From assembly GCA_008632985.1 (NCBI GenBank), contig QPGO01000153.1, forward strand, positions 1-64,000: a stretch of 64,000 nucleotides of DNA. Direction: 5' to 3'. Positions 9,840 through 22,859 of this stretch are shown here, one piece after another. The notes beneath the pieces were generated by a model, which was not told where the DNA came from, made no database searches, and saw nothing but the letters and a program-made list of their open reading frames with translations. The DNA comes from Psammoneis japonica. Its lineage: Eukaryota. How positions within the stretch are numbered: the stretch's first letter is position 1; each line of letters starts with the position of its first letter. Position numbers and translations under genes: made by a program.

Positions 9840-12800
9840 TCAGCTACTGCTTGCTACTCTCTTACGCTTTCTTCGTCCCGAAGTGGCTTGTTCGTCCTTC
9901 TCATCGGCCCCGCTGCTCTTGCCTCTCCTTTTCCTTGTCTTTTTAGTTTCTTTAGCTCCACCATCTTTAGGAGTGTTGCCTGACAAATTGATTCGAATTC
10001 GAGTTTTCTTCCTTCTCGTTGACGGCGCTTCTGTGGCGTTCTCTTCATCGACGGCGGTGCCGGTGTCGTCCGGCGAAGCTGCTACATCTCCGTCAACTGA
10101 AGCGGGCTTTTTACGCCACCTCCTCTTCCGAATAGGAACTTCTTTCATGTTGGTGCATTTTTTGAGCAAGCAAGCCTTCTTGCGGATGCGTTTCGCTCCG
10201 GTGACGGTCTGATCTAAACATGCGACGCATTCGCCGCAGGGATCTCGCGTACACGCTTGACACTCCTTGCAGGGTACCAGCTTCGTCCTCACATCTTCGG
10301 TTCCCATGCCGTCTTCATTCGCGTCTTCACCTTCACCCGGTTTCTCGTCACTCTTCTTCCTCCTGCGGCGCCTCTTCTTTCCTTTACCTTCGCCGTCCTC
10401 GTCGTCGCCTTCTGCATCCGAGTAAACCTCGAGCACCGAACCATCTTCAGCAAGGAATAGATTGTGTTTCATGGCTGCGTCTTTCAACACCGCTGGTCGC
10501 ATAAGTGCTTGTCGCCTCGCTTCCTTGACAATATCAGAATCAGCCGCATTGAATTGGAGACAGTTTGTCATAACCAATACAAAGTCTTTCTGCATAGCCT
10601 GGGCGGAACGGTACTCCCCATTGGACAACTTCGCTTTCATCGTACCATAGTCCATTGGTTGCTTGATTTGTTCATAATACTCAGGGAACTCGTCTCGCGG
10701 AACAGGAACAGAAAACACTCCGCCTTTAGCGGTGTCGACTTTGATCATTTCGTCAATAACCGTCTCCAACACCTTGGATACCACACTGCGGGGAAAAGAC
10801 GGCCAGGGCCGACCAGCAGCCGTCGCTGCATCCTTATCCGACGCCCACGCTCTACGGCGCCTCGCCTCCTTCTTGCTAATACCTTGGCGCTTTCCTCCAC
10901 GGGATGCATAGATGTCCTCCCCAATATCCGACCAGTCGGCTTCCGAGTCTGAGTGGTGGAGATAGCCATCCTCTCCGAGGTATCCTCCGCTTTCCTTTTC
11001 GTCGACTCGTGATTTCTTTGCAGGTCTCTCGGATTTGTCCTCCTCGAGTCTGTCCCTACGCTGTCGTTTCCTTCGCTGACGGTCACTCAGGATCAGCAGC
11101 TCTTCAGGCACGTCCGCACTATTTGCTTCTGGACTGGCTACACTTGCGCTCGAAGGCTGCTCAACCACACGACATCTCCTTCGACGATCACCTTCCAGAC
11201 GCTTAAGCATGACTTTAGCTGTGTGCCGTTGTTCCTCGTTGAATAGTCCCTCTTTGACTGATATTGTCAAAAGTAGCTTCTGGCACGCCGATTTCTCAGC
11301 AGACGGCAACGAATCGTCCTCGGCTTCTTCGAAGATGCCATCCATCATACTCTTCAGGTCTGACATGAACTTGTGTACCTTCCTTACGTTTGTACGAGAA
11401 AGCGCCTTGTGTTCGTTTCCGCGTGGCTTTTCGTTCTCGACCTCCTCTTGCTTGTCTTCATCCTTCGCTTCTCCTTCGACTTCCTTATTCGCGTCGACCG
11501 CGCGCCCTTCGTCCTCTGCCGCAGGAGCTTCGTCTGGCTGGTCACCTTTTTCATTTAAAGCAGCTTCTCTCTTCTCGCGTGCTTCCTTTTCGGCTCGCTG
11601 TTGCCTCCATCGTCCTCTTCCGGGCCCTTTCTTTTTCCCAGAGCCCCCTTCAACTTGCTCCGAAAGCTCATCCAATTTTGTAAGCATAATTGAAGGAGTG
11701 ACAAAGTCTGGCATAACCTTTTGCCAAAACAAAGGATCGTCCACGTCTACGTCGGCCGCAGCACCATCGCTGTCACCGGCGAAACGACTTTTGCTCACTA
11801 CCATTCCCTGCTTATTCAGCCAAGAAGCGGTTTTTGCACCTTCGACCACGCGAGTGCGGGTTCTCTTGGCAAGGATGCTATCAATGTCATCGGCACAGAA
11901 CTCTCGCCCAGTTTCGTCGTTTTCGTCTTCGAGGAGCGCGTAGGCGCCCTTCTTGAGAAGTTGCTCCATTTCTTTCGACGTAGGTTTGTCGTCATCATTG
12001 TCTTGACCGAACGTTCCGAGCACGGCCTGCTCTAACCCAAGCTTCTTGCTTGCACGGTCAAACATTTCCTGCTCGAAAGTTCGGCTAGTGATGAGTCTGT
12101 AAATCCTCACATCCTTTGTTTGACCAATACGATGACAGCGAGCTTGAGCCTGAACATCATTTTGGGGGTTCCAGTCACTATCGAAAATTATGCAGATGTC
12201 GGCAGCGGTCAAGTTAATACCAACGCCACCAGCACGGGTAGAGAGTAAGAAGATAAAGCTGTCGTCTTGTGTTTCGAAACGGTCGATCGCCTTCTGACGC
12301 TCAGTGCCACGAACTCGACCATCGAGACGCTCGTAATTGAAGTGCCGAAAGTCGCAATACTCAGACATCAAGTCCAGCATCCTCACCATCTGGCTGAAAA
12401 TTAGAACCTTGTGTCCTTCTTGGCGAAGTTTAGGAAGCAGTTTGTCCAACAAGACCATCTTACCACTGCTTTGAATGTAGCCATGCTCGTTCAACATGAG
12501 CTGTTGGCCCTCGGGAGTTACGCCCTCTAGCTTGCCACTCTCCATCAATTCTCGGAACTGCTTATCGGCTTCCCTTTGCTCCACACCCTCTAACAAGCTG
12601 TGTTACAAGCAGAGCAACGAGAAAGATAAATGAGCGTATTAAGAACAACAGAGAAACATCAGGAGATGCAAAGAAAGTGGGTATGAAGAACTCACAAAGG
12701 ATGGTTGCAACACTTTCTCAGTTCCATCTGGATGTTCATTAGCTTTGGAGCGTTCGATCGAGTAGCACCCATACTGAGAAAAGAATGGTTGTGCTCAAAA

Positions 12801-15800
12801 ATAGCTCGATAATACTGTTTCTGGATACTCGTCAATTCAACGTCAATCACAGTTTCCTCCTTCGCAGGAATGTCTTTGGCGACATCCTCCTTGACACGTC
12901 TCAGCATGTATGGTGATATCTTGCGTTGCAACGCCTCCACCTGATCACGATTTGCCATGTTTCCGAAGTTGGCCTGAAACTCTTCCAGACTTGGAAACTT
13001 GAACGGTTCAATGAAATTGAGAAGAGTCCACAATTCTTGAGTGTTGTTCTGCAGAGGAGTGCCGGTCATTAGAATCCTGCTCTGAAACCCGTACTGTAGT
13101 GTACCCCGAGCGCTGATTTCCTTCATGCATTCGAGAAGCTTTCCTTTCACGTTGCGCAGTCGATGGGCCTCGTCTACTACAGCGACTCTCCACGGAATCT
13201 GGCCAATAATGTCGAAATCGCCAATAAGAGTATCATAGGTGGTGATCAACGCATCAAACTTCAAAAAGTCCGGAGTGTGAGGACGATCGGCATAATACCA
13301 CTCATACTCGCGCATCACATCTCGCCAAATCCGTTGCCTATCATGATACACGCAGCACACCATATCCGTCCATCCCTGAAACTCACGACGCCAGTGCTCC
13401 ACAGTAGACAGCGGAACAACTACCAAATACGGCCGTTGAATCTTCTCAACACGAGACAGATGCTCGATATACGAAACGATTTGTACTGCGTATAGAAAGA
13501 AGCAAGGCAGATAAGACTAAAGAACAGAAAACGAGCACCAAAAGCACACACGGCAATTCTTGTCTTACCGGTCTTGCCTAGGCCCATTTCGTCCGCAAGG
13601 ATGCAACTGTGACGCTTGTACCAGGTGCTTGCCAACCAATTCACCCCATCGATTTGGTAGTCGCGCAGTTTGTTCCCGTTCTTGTAAATATGAGGATCAT
13701 CGTGATCATAGAGCTTGTCGCGGAATTCTAGGTAAGCATCCTTGCCCTTCTTACTGCTTCCGCTTTTATCGCCAGACTTGGCCGTAACCTCTGCTCCAGC
13801 GAGAGCGTAGCGCCATCGATAGCCACCCACCTCATCACCTAGTTCCTCGTCGTAGTCGCCCTTGAGCATTTGTTTGATTTCGTTCAACGATATCTGAAGA
13901 GTCGCGGCGGCATCTTCGGCGCTCGCCCAGATTCTGATGGTTTTGTTCGACGTGGTTTCAATCTGCTCAACCTTCACTGTAGATCGATTGGCCGTCTTCT
14001 CGGTTGTTTCTTCCTCTGACTTGCCGCCTGATCGTGTCGCCATTCTACCGTCCTCGTTGGAGCTCTCAGCAGCAACCTCTTCCTGAGATTCACTTCCGTC
14101 TAGCTTGTTCGACTGAGTTTCATTTGGGAACGGAAACTTTTCAAATTCAGCAGCATCCGGCTCAACAGACGTTAACGTGACAGCAGCGCACACCTTTCCA
14201 CTTTCGCCTAGAGTTGAAAAGTCATTCTTTTTCACTGGAGCCGTTCGTTCTTCTTCGTCGTCATCTTGTGCATTGCCTTTTGGCTTGGCCGTTTTCTTAT
14301 CGCCCACACATGCTTGCTGTGCTTCCTTTAGTGTCGAAAAGGTGCTGTCTACACCATCAAGGAAATACGCACAGTCTTCGTCGCCTCCTTCATCACTACT
14401 GTATCCAATATCCTCATTGAGAAGTCGGTAAGCCAGAGAATGTGCCGTCTCTGGTCTTATCAGCTCGGGAGCTTCTGCAGCAATGCCGTTGCTCATTCCC
14501 TCGGCCGTAACAGCAGCCTTTTCATTTTGGCTCCCTCGTCAGAAGGCGACACGGCCGGGGAAGGTCCCTTTCCGTTCATTGCCTGTGCCTCAGCATTGGA
14601 AGGAGGACTAGGCGCCGCTGGAGACGGCTGTTTCTTGGACCGAACGAGCTCTTCGTCGTCGCTGTCGGGTTCAAATTCACCCTCGCTGCCCTCGTCCTCG
14701 GAATCGTCGTCGTCCGAGGTGTTTCGTTCTCCGACACTGCCGTCGCTTTCTTCTGCTTCCTTCTCAAACTCTTCCTCCACTTGCTGGTGTCGCCGTTGCA
14801 ACACCAATCGTTGCCGATCGCAAGCAAACTTCTTTTGCAACACCTCGGTTGCGTAGCGACCCGTCATTCCAATGCTGGTGAGTTCATTGTTACAAACTTG
14901 GTACCTGCGTTCGAGAAGGCGCATAAAAGCATACTGGTTCTTGCCACTTTCCCGTAGCATATGGATAACGTCCTTGAACGACTTGTTGATGGTACTCACT
15001 CCATCGACAGCAACAATCTTGTCTCCGTTATTACGAATGAGATTGGCAATCTCGGCGGGACCCCGAGATCCGTCTGCGAATTGACGGTACCCAAGAAACG
15101 CCATCGAACCATGAATGTCTCCGACATTCATCATGAGGCCCTTGGAGGTGACTGGGATGACGGCATCATACTCTCCCGTCAAGAGCGGAGGCATACCAGC
15201 ACTCAGATCCATCAAGGCCTGCGAGGGACTGCGAGACAACCGATACGTCATGTCGGTAACGCACTCGACAACTTCAGGTGGGTGCTCGATAGAACTCTGC
15301 GTTGACGAGAAAGAGTCTTCTCGTGCCCTCATTTTGGGACCACACTCCACGCCGAGACGTTCCGGCACATCCAGCCCAAATTTGGTAAACTGAAAAGCTC
15401 GCGTCTGCGCGTAGAGCTGAGAACGAAGTTCGGGAATGCAAGAGATACCACCGGCGTTTTCCACATTGACGTGCTGCACCTTTTCCAAGACCTCATTGAC
15501 TTCTGCTTCCGTCACGTCGGGTTCGTCAGGACTCGTGTTGTTGAGCTGATAGTATTCTTCAATCAAGGCATCGTCATCGATATCCTCCTTGGTTTCCCAG
15601 GTGCAAAACTCATATCCCAGTCCCGCCCACTTGACGAGAAACATGTTTTGCTTGATCGTCCTTTTGGGTACATCCCCCAACTCTGCCCTCTTGCGCGCGG
15701 CTTGCTCCGAGACAGCGGAAAGCATACGGACACCCTTGACGGTCGACAGCTTTGGCTTGCAATCGGGACAATGCCAAATACCCTTGGGAAGCTTGGTGAG

Positions 15801-17651
15801 CCCGACACACTGCATTCCATAATTGGCATCACAGTGATCACACAGGACCATCTTGTCATCGGACGCCCCACACTCGCCATCACAATGACGACACGTGTGC
15901 TCCCACGGTCGGGCCTTGGGGTTGATCCAACGGAGGTAGCGCTCGCGATATTCCAACACCCATGCGTGGTAGAGGCGTTCAAACTGCTTGGACATGTAGT
16001 CAGCCACATACCAAATGGCAGAGCCGTGCTGGTTGTAAATCTTGCAATTGTTCCAGACCTATCGTATGAGAAATGATTGAAAGTTAGAGAGTGCTACACA
16101 TCGTGCAAGAGACAACAGCAACTTTCAGACTAACAAATACTTACCTTTCGGACATCCCGTGCAAAGTTCTCGGGAGCCTGATATTTCCGCTCCTTCAGTT
16201 TGGTAGCAATCGTTCCCAAATCCATGGGCTGCTCAACAATCTCTTCATAATCGGAAAATTCATCCACGTCCACAGGCTCCAAAAAGATATTGGCAAACCC
16301 ATCCTTGGAAATACGGTCCAACACCATTTTACATCGCCGCAGCGGCTGCCACATTTCACTCGGCCTTTGGGCCCGTTCCATCATTTGCCGTTCCCGTTCA
16401 AACTGTTCCGTCTCTTCCCGTTGCAATTGAATGTAGGGTGCCTGTTCTTCCTCCGACATGGTGCGCCACGCGTCACCAATCATGGTCATGATTTCCGACG
16501 GAGCCGCGTCCGGATGCTTGCGTTGAATCTTGGGACGAGACACGGCTTGAAACAAGAGATAGGACGAACGTGGCTTTTTCGGTGGGGTCGTAATGTATCC
16601 GTCTCGATAGGGATTGTCGCACCCTTCAAAGGACGGATAGAACGGACCATCCTTGTTGATGATTTTGCGAAGCTTGTCAATCGTCAATTGACTGATATCT
16701 TGATCTTCTTCCTCATCATCTTGCTTTTCTTCTGCAAAGAAAGCAAAAGAGTGACAGAGCATAAGGTGAGAAACAACAATAAGCATAAGGCGGATAACAG
16801 GAGAAGAGGGCCCCAGAAACGGGAAAAGACGGCTTACCTGACTTTTCCTCGGACTTGTCGCTCGGTTCTTCCGTCGCTGCGGCAGCAGTGACACCAGATG
16901 CGTCCTTGGGAGACTCGCTGTCCTTGTCCTTCTTTTCTTCTTCTTCGTCTTCTGAAGAATCCGAGTCCTGTTCCAATTTCTGTTTCTTTTCCCACTCCAC
17001 CAATTCCTTATCGGTCAATTCGACCGTAATTTCTTGTTCAGCATCGTCGACAATCTTTTGAGGCTCGGCGAAGGATGGATCAAAATTGGGATCTTCAATA
17101 TCCTCTTCTTGTCCCGAAGCAATCTTTTTGAGAAAGCGTCTGTACAGCGTTTTAGCCGACTTGTTCATGGATTCCAGATCCGCACCAGTCTTCCATTCCA
17201 AATGAAGATAGGAACGGCCCTTGTACTTGACGAGATACTCGTACTCCAGTACCGGACCGCCGCCGTCGTCGTTGGCTTCGTCTTCCCCATCGAGATTGGA
17301 TTTCTGATCTTCCATAGGCCGCCGTCCTACAATCAAATCGATTTTGGGAGAACCGTCTAATTCGTATTCTGGCATGAACGTAAAGCGTTCTCGAAGTGGC
17401 GGTAAGGATGGATCATAGCCTTTTTCTGTATGGACCGGTGCGTAATTATTGTCTTCACTTGTGTCCATGGAATCCTGTCGTCGCACGGTGGAACGCTGCT
17501 GTTTACGAGAGGATGAACGTGGTGGCTGTGGCTGCTGTAGCACTTCATCCTTTTCAGCCTCGTCTTCAAATAAGTCATCGTCACTAAATTCTTGTTCCTT
17601 GGCATAATCTACAACCTTGGCCGTCTTGCGACGTGCACGGCCGCTTGACAT
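9840..17651 (-). CDS. CHD-type SNF2 chromatin remodeller with chromo-like, HMG-box, bromo, PHD, chromo, PDZ-like, SNF2 ATPase, HELICc, second bromo and CXXC-type Zn-finger domains
   Basis: Exons 17651-16838, 16731-16145, 16058-13569, 13485-12696, 12597-9840 with GT-AG introns. Motifs [56 protein letters not shown]. One missing A in an A-run at ~14525 breaks exon 3. Confidence 0.9.
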
Positions 17652-18327
17652 GATGCGTGAAATAATGCCCCCCTTGTTGCGCAGTTCTTGGATATTAGCG
17701 GCGCAACAACACAATGCCATGCACAGCGTTACTTGTGTCGTTGCTGTGCGTTTATTTTTTTTCGTCGGTGATCGAAAGTCTGTTGCTGCTACGTGACGAT
17801 TGGTATGTTTCTACGGTCGTAGAAACAATACGACAGACTCTGTTTTGAAAATGTGTTTATTTCGTATTCTTCTCTGTACATGTACATTGAACATTTATTT
17901 ACTTTTAGGGATGAACATTGGATAAAACAAGTGGTGCAACGTGCTCACAAAATGCATCCAAAAAAGTGCGACCATAAAACGGCTTGAATAAGACCGCCAC
18001 AAACGTGTTGCATGAGGCGCATGCAACTTGAAGTACTCATGAATTTCTCAAACTCTACATCCGACGCCATTGCGTCACTCGAAACGCAGTTTCAGTACCT
18101 GTTCCCCGCGTATAAGATCCGTCGCTTTCCCATTGGCACTCTCGGAGTTACTAAGCTAAGGAACAGACTGACATACGAATCATACTGCAGGCCTACAAAT
18201 CGCTTTCCGAAAACAATTCTAGGAGTTTCTGCAGCTATCATTCAACTTTTCCTTCAGAAATCAATACAGTCCTACTAATATACCTTTCTCCGGTACTCTA
18301 CAAACTATTTTCAACATGCACTTCCTT

Positions 18328-20989
18328 TTATCCCGAACACTCTTGGCAACAACTGCACGCCTCCATACCACCATTTTTGCTACAATCTTCCTTTAAAAAG
18401 TCGGGTGATTCCTTGGTTTTGAGTTTACACACGGCTTCGGGGACGACACCAGTAAAATTGTTTTCGGAAAAACGAAACACTTGTAGTTTTGAAAGATTGG
18501 AGATGGATTCGGGAAGGGTACCCGAAAAGTTGTTGGAGTTAATGTGGAGGAATTCTGAGAAAAGAAACGAATGGATGAATTAAGAGGATTGAAAAAATAA
18601 CAAACGGTGTCATGAGTTGAGTTGTAAATGACAATGCATGGCAGTGGCGAAAATACATCCCACCCATGCCTATCTACGTACCGAGATTCATCAAATGCGT
18701 AATCTCATCCGGGAGTTCGCCACCAAGTCTGTTGTAACTGAGTCGCAAATCCACTGAAAGAACAAAAGACAAGCCATGCATTATTTGAGTTCAAGTACAA
18801 AAATACCTTGTTTGACGTATTATCGCAATCACACGTACCTATTGACTTCAAACCCTTGATGGTGGCTGGAATGGTGCCTTCAATCTCATTGTGAGCAAGG
18901 TTTAGAGTTACCAACTTGGCAAGGTGTCCCAATTCATCAGGAATGCTTCCACTCAGCTGGAAATAAAGAACGACAATTAGAAAATTATGGTGAGATTGAC
19001 AGGTTGTATGTAAAAGTTGAAAAGCAACATGTCACCTCCTTCTGACCTTGATGTCCTCCATTGACAATTCCTCCAAGACTTTCAACGTTCCGGCTTCGGA
19101 CGGAATGACTCCCTTGAACGAGTTCCCGTCTAGTTTTAACTTTTCTGTAGACGAAAGAGAAAGAAATGGGCATGAGTCGCCGCTATTGAATTCGACGAAA
19201 ATGTGCTACACAGCGAGCAACTTACTGAGATGAATGAATTTGGGAAAGTCTGGAAGATCCCCATTAAAGTCATTCTCACTCAAGTCAAGAGATCCTGTGA
19301 ACGCACAAAGTGGCAGTACAAGGTAAGAAGAGCAGCACCATGCACCTTACTCAGACGACAGAATACTATCACTTACGAAGTTCAACAAGACTGTACAACT
19401 CGGACGGAAACGATCCCTTGAGGTGGTTATAGTTCAAGTGAAGATTGCGAAGACTGAAGCATTCGCCGAGCTCGGTTGGTATTTCACCCGTGAGACTGTT
19501 CTCTTGTACCTCGAGCGCAACTAGAGGAGAAGTCACATCAAATCGAAAACGTAAGGCCGATGAGTCACAACTAGCCGAATTTATCCAAATTCATTCAAAT
19601 ACCGGTATCTGTGCGCACTTACCGAGATGTTTAATGTTGCCGAGAGATGGAGGAATCTTTCCTGTCATGTCGTTTTCGCTCAACCTTAGAATCTCAAGAT
19701 TTTCCAACGCAGCAAGCTCGGACGGGATGACGCCTTTCATGTTGTTCATTGCCAGTTCAAAATGTACAACCTGAGCTCCCTTCCCGCCCTGGGTAGCAGC
19801 ATTTCTGCTTTCGGACTGAGTTCCGTCGCACTGAATGCCATGCCACTTGCATATCGAACGCTTGGTCATCCAATTCACGCTTTTGTCCCAATCACAAGAA
19901 GGTGTGGTCGTGCTACCCGATGCACCGGCGTTGGTGGAGAAAAAGAAGGTAGCCAATGCATACCGCTGAAGCAGTTCTGGGTGTCCGACCTCCAGCTGCG
20001 CCTCGTCCGAATCAACAAGCCATTTGAGAGCTTTGTTTTGCGCAGTTTTGGAGTTGTCCAGGTCACCTTTCGACGTAAATCCCGACTCGTAAATAAAGTT
20101 TCGAACAAGAGTATCTCGGTCCATATCCGTGACTCCACTCTCTTCCTCTGGTGGAGCCTTGGGAGATTCCATTTCAGGTGTCCCATCTTGCCCATCCGAA
20201 GAACTGAAATCAACAGTGACCACCACCACAGCACCGATAGCTACCAGAAGCAGAAAAAGAAGAGTAAACATGGACACCTTTTTCTGCTTTGTGGTACAAG
20301 AGCAAGGATGAAGGATTGGATCGATAACCCCCATGCAACACGTTCCAACTGGCGCAAAAATACTTCCCTGGTTATTTTTGTTTATGCGCCGGGGAACACC
20401 GAAACTCAAGTGACGGAAAGAAGTATTGAGATTGACGTCGTGCATTGGATCCGAAACACCCGGGCTTTCGAATCCACGGATATCCTTGAGCCGAGCCGAA
20501 TCTTGTTCAATCCCCGTTTTGGCAAAAAACATATTTGCTCGTGAGGATGCAGAATCATTCATGGTACCATTGGTTTTCTGCTGGGTCGTAGCCGGAGCCA
20601 ACTGATCTTCATCGTCTTCGTCTTCATCCCATAGGAAACGACGAGCACTCTAATTGTTTGCGAAATAGAAGAGTTTGTAACAAGGTAAACTAGGTAAGAC
20701 ATCGGTTCAGAAAATGATACAGCGATTCTTTCGACGCATTGCAACATACCTCAATCGCTCCAGTCGGCGCTTCGTGAGAAGAATTGTTGTCCATTGGAGA
20801 ATTCTTCTTTGCGCCGTCCGCACTCGGAAAAAAGGAAACAATGGAGGCCTCCTCTTCACCACCTTCGTGCTCCCCCACATCAGCTGCAACTATTTGTTTG
20901 AAGTTTTCCAACTGTCTCTGGCGTTCCAACTTGCGCTCATAGTCGGTGCGTGTCTTGTCCAGAGCGTTTCTGCTGTGCGTAGAGGACAT
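18328..20989 (-). CDS. Type-II single-pass membrane leucine-rich-repeat protein (paralog 1), multi-exon
   Basis: Intron 1 at 20650-20749 followed by SARRFLWDE. TM helix MFTLLFLLLVAIGAVVVV. Cap QRYALATFFFST...NWMT...CKWHGIQC. LxLxxNxLxGxIP exons. C-terminal DC...CSCCQEC. Confidence 0.85.
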
Positions 20990-21514
20990 GATGGTGTGTG
21001 CAATCTATCGTCGAATGTCAGCACCAAAGAACGATCACAACACAAGCCAAAAGGATAATCCCAGACACACAACACTCCAGTTTAAGAGACCGAGTTGCCA
21101 ATGTTGACTACTGTTGTGTCGATTTGGTGAGAAAGAAAAGCCCCCGCTCGAAGTGTTGTCGGATGCAACTTTGTGATGAAGTAATAGCCCCGATGTGAGT
21201 TTTCCGGGTGCCTTACTAATTCATTTATGGGGGGTCATTACTTCTTTGTACAAAATATAAGCCCAATGTCCATGACCTTCGAAATGTCCTTTGCTTCTTT
21301 GTCCCAAAGCCTGGTGCGTAGCGCGCTGCGCACGAAAGGGAATGAGGAGTCATTGTGTTCACAGTGTTATGACCTTTTTCAGGAGGCAATTGTGTTTCAT
21401 TAATATTATTCATGCCCGAGGACCAATTATGCTTCTCACTTTTCTCCTTCATTTTTTTGTGCGCAATGCAGAACGAAGACGCCTTTTGATTCACTAGCAC
21501 TTTCAACTAGTTGA

Positions 21515-22363
21515 TTATGCGTGTTTGTCCTCGCCATCCGATTGGAGACATAATTCAAGCCAGGCCTTTAAGTCGGCATCCAATCGGCGATTGATATCAA
21601 CCCAGGCTTCGACGATGTCTTGCGCCTTGCGGCCAGTAAAAAAAATGCTGCCCACTGTCAAAGCACTGATCGCTGCCAAAACATAGGGGCTCGCTGCAAC
21701 TGTAACGACGACTTGCTAGCCGAGAAGACCCCACAAACCTGGAGCGGCTACAGATTGTGTTGTAGTAAGAAGCACCTGCGCGCCAAAGTAAGAAACGGAG
21801 CCAACACCTGCAATGCCACCGGCACTCTTTACCAAAGCCGCAAGCACTTGCAGAGTAGCCCAGGTTCCTGTTGTGCACCAGCATGCGACCGTTTCGCAAT
21901 TGCATTTAAGAAGGTGATACTTGGGAATCACGTGTTGGTTTTCGACAAGATACTGCGCCCGTTTCATCACTGTGCTGTGCGGGGCTTTTGTGGCCGTCGT
22001 CGCAGTGCCGGCCTTGGCAGTACAAAACTCCCAATAGGAGCAGTTGTATTTAACCTTCTGCCACATCTGCGATTCTTCTTGGGTGAGAGTTCGCGTGTCA
22101 ACGACACCGCTTTGTTCAATCGAACTCGATGTTGCGTCGTTAAAACCAACCGGTGTCCGTTTCGAATTCAAATTCCAAGACGCGAAGGACTGAAAGGAAT
22201 CCTTTGCTTTCTTCTTATCGGTGGAATCGCTTACACCAAAATACTCCATCAGTGTGATGCTTCCGTCACCATGCGTGTTGATGACGATGGCGTGGTGGTT
22301 ACAGTGGATCCCTTTGAAAATTTTGGAAACCACGTGGTCACCGATTTCGAACTTGAGTGTCAT
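21515..22363 (-). CDS. LRAT (NlpC/P60-permuted) domain protein interrupted by an in-frame TAG at 21716-21718
   Basis: GDHV...HHAIV...RA...YHLLKCNCETVACWCTTG. The same frame continues 66 codons after the TAG (QVVVTVAASPYVLAAISALTVGSIFF...) to TAA at 21515-21517. Confidence 0.7.
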
Positions 22364-22859
22364 TTTCGGTAAGTTGCTCAAACTGGTGAACAAGAAATAA
22401 ACAGATTTGTTCTAACTGTCAGAGTGAGTAAATATGGAATGAAAAGACATTCATCGGTATAAAGGTAGAATCATAGCTTGAGTTGATGCACGAATGGGCA
22501 CAAGCAGTCAACGTAAGACGAGGTCTCGGGACTCGATGCAAAACTGGCCATTAAGAATGTGCTCAGAACCGGGATATGAAGCGAGCCTATCTCGAATCGT
22601 CACGCACCAACACAGTGCCAGACAAAGAAGCGTACACTTACAATTTTGAAAACAACACTACAACGGAATGAAGGATACTACCAAATTCCAATCCATGCAC
22701 CACTGTTATTTTTGCTCGTGATAAGATCCAGTGCGGCCGCTACTTCGGATTTTCAGGCAACCCGTCTCTGCCTCTGGAAGCAATTCTGAGGTGGGGAACG
22801 CCCCCGAGTGTATCTCTCATTTTCATAAGGAAGTCTCCACGAAAAACAGCAACTCACCT

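Noticed and set aside
11209..11943. Long antisense ORFs over CHD, AMT1 and LRR exons (also 16091-16891, 19762-20544, 32620-33459)
   Set aside because: Shadows of the coding strand with no independent motifs.
14490..14530. Programmed frameshift or two separate genes within the CHD locus
   Set aside because: Adding one A to a 4-A run restores a continuous frame. The same error type recurs elsewhere and no slippery-site structure is evident.
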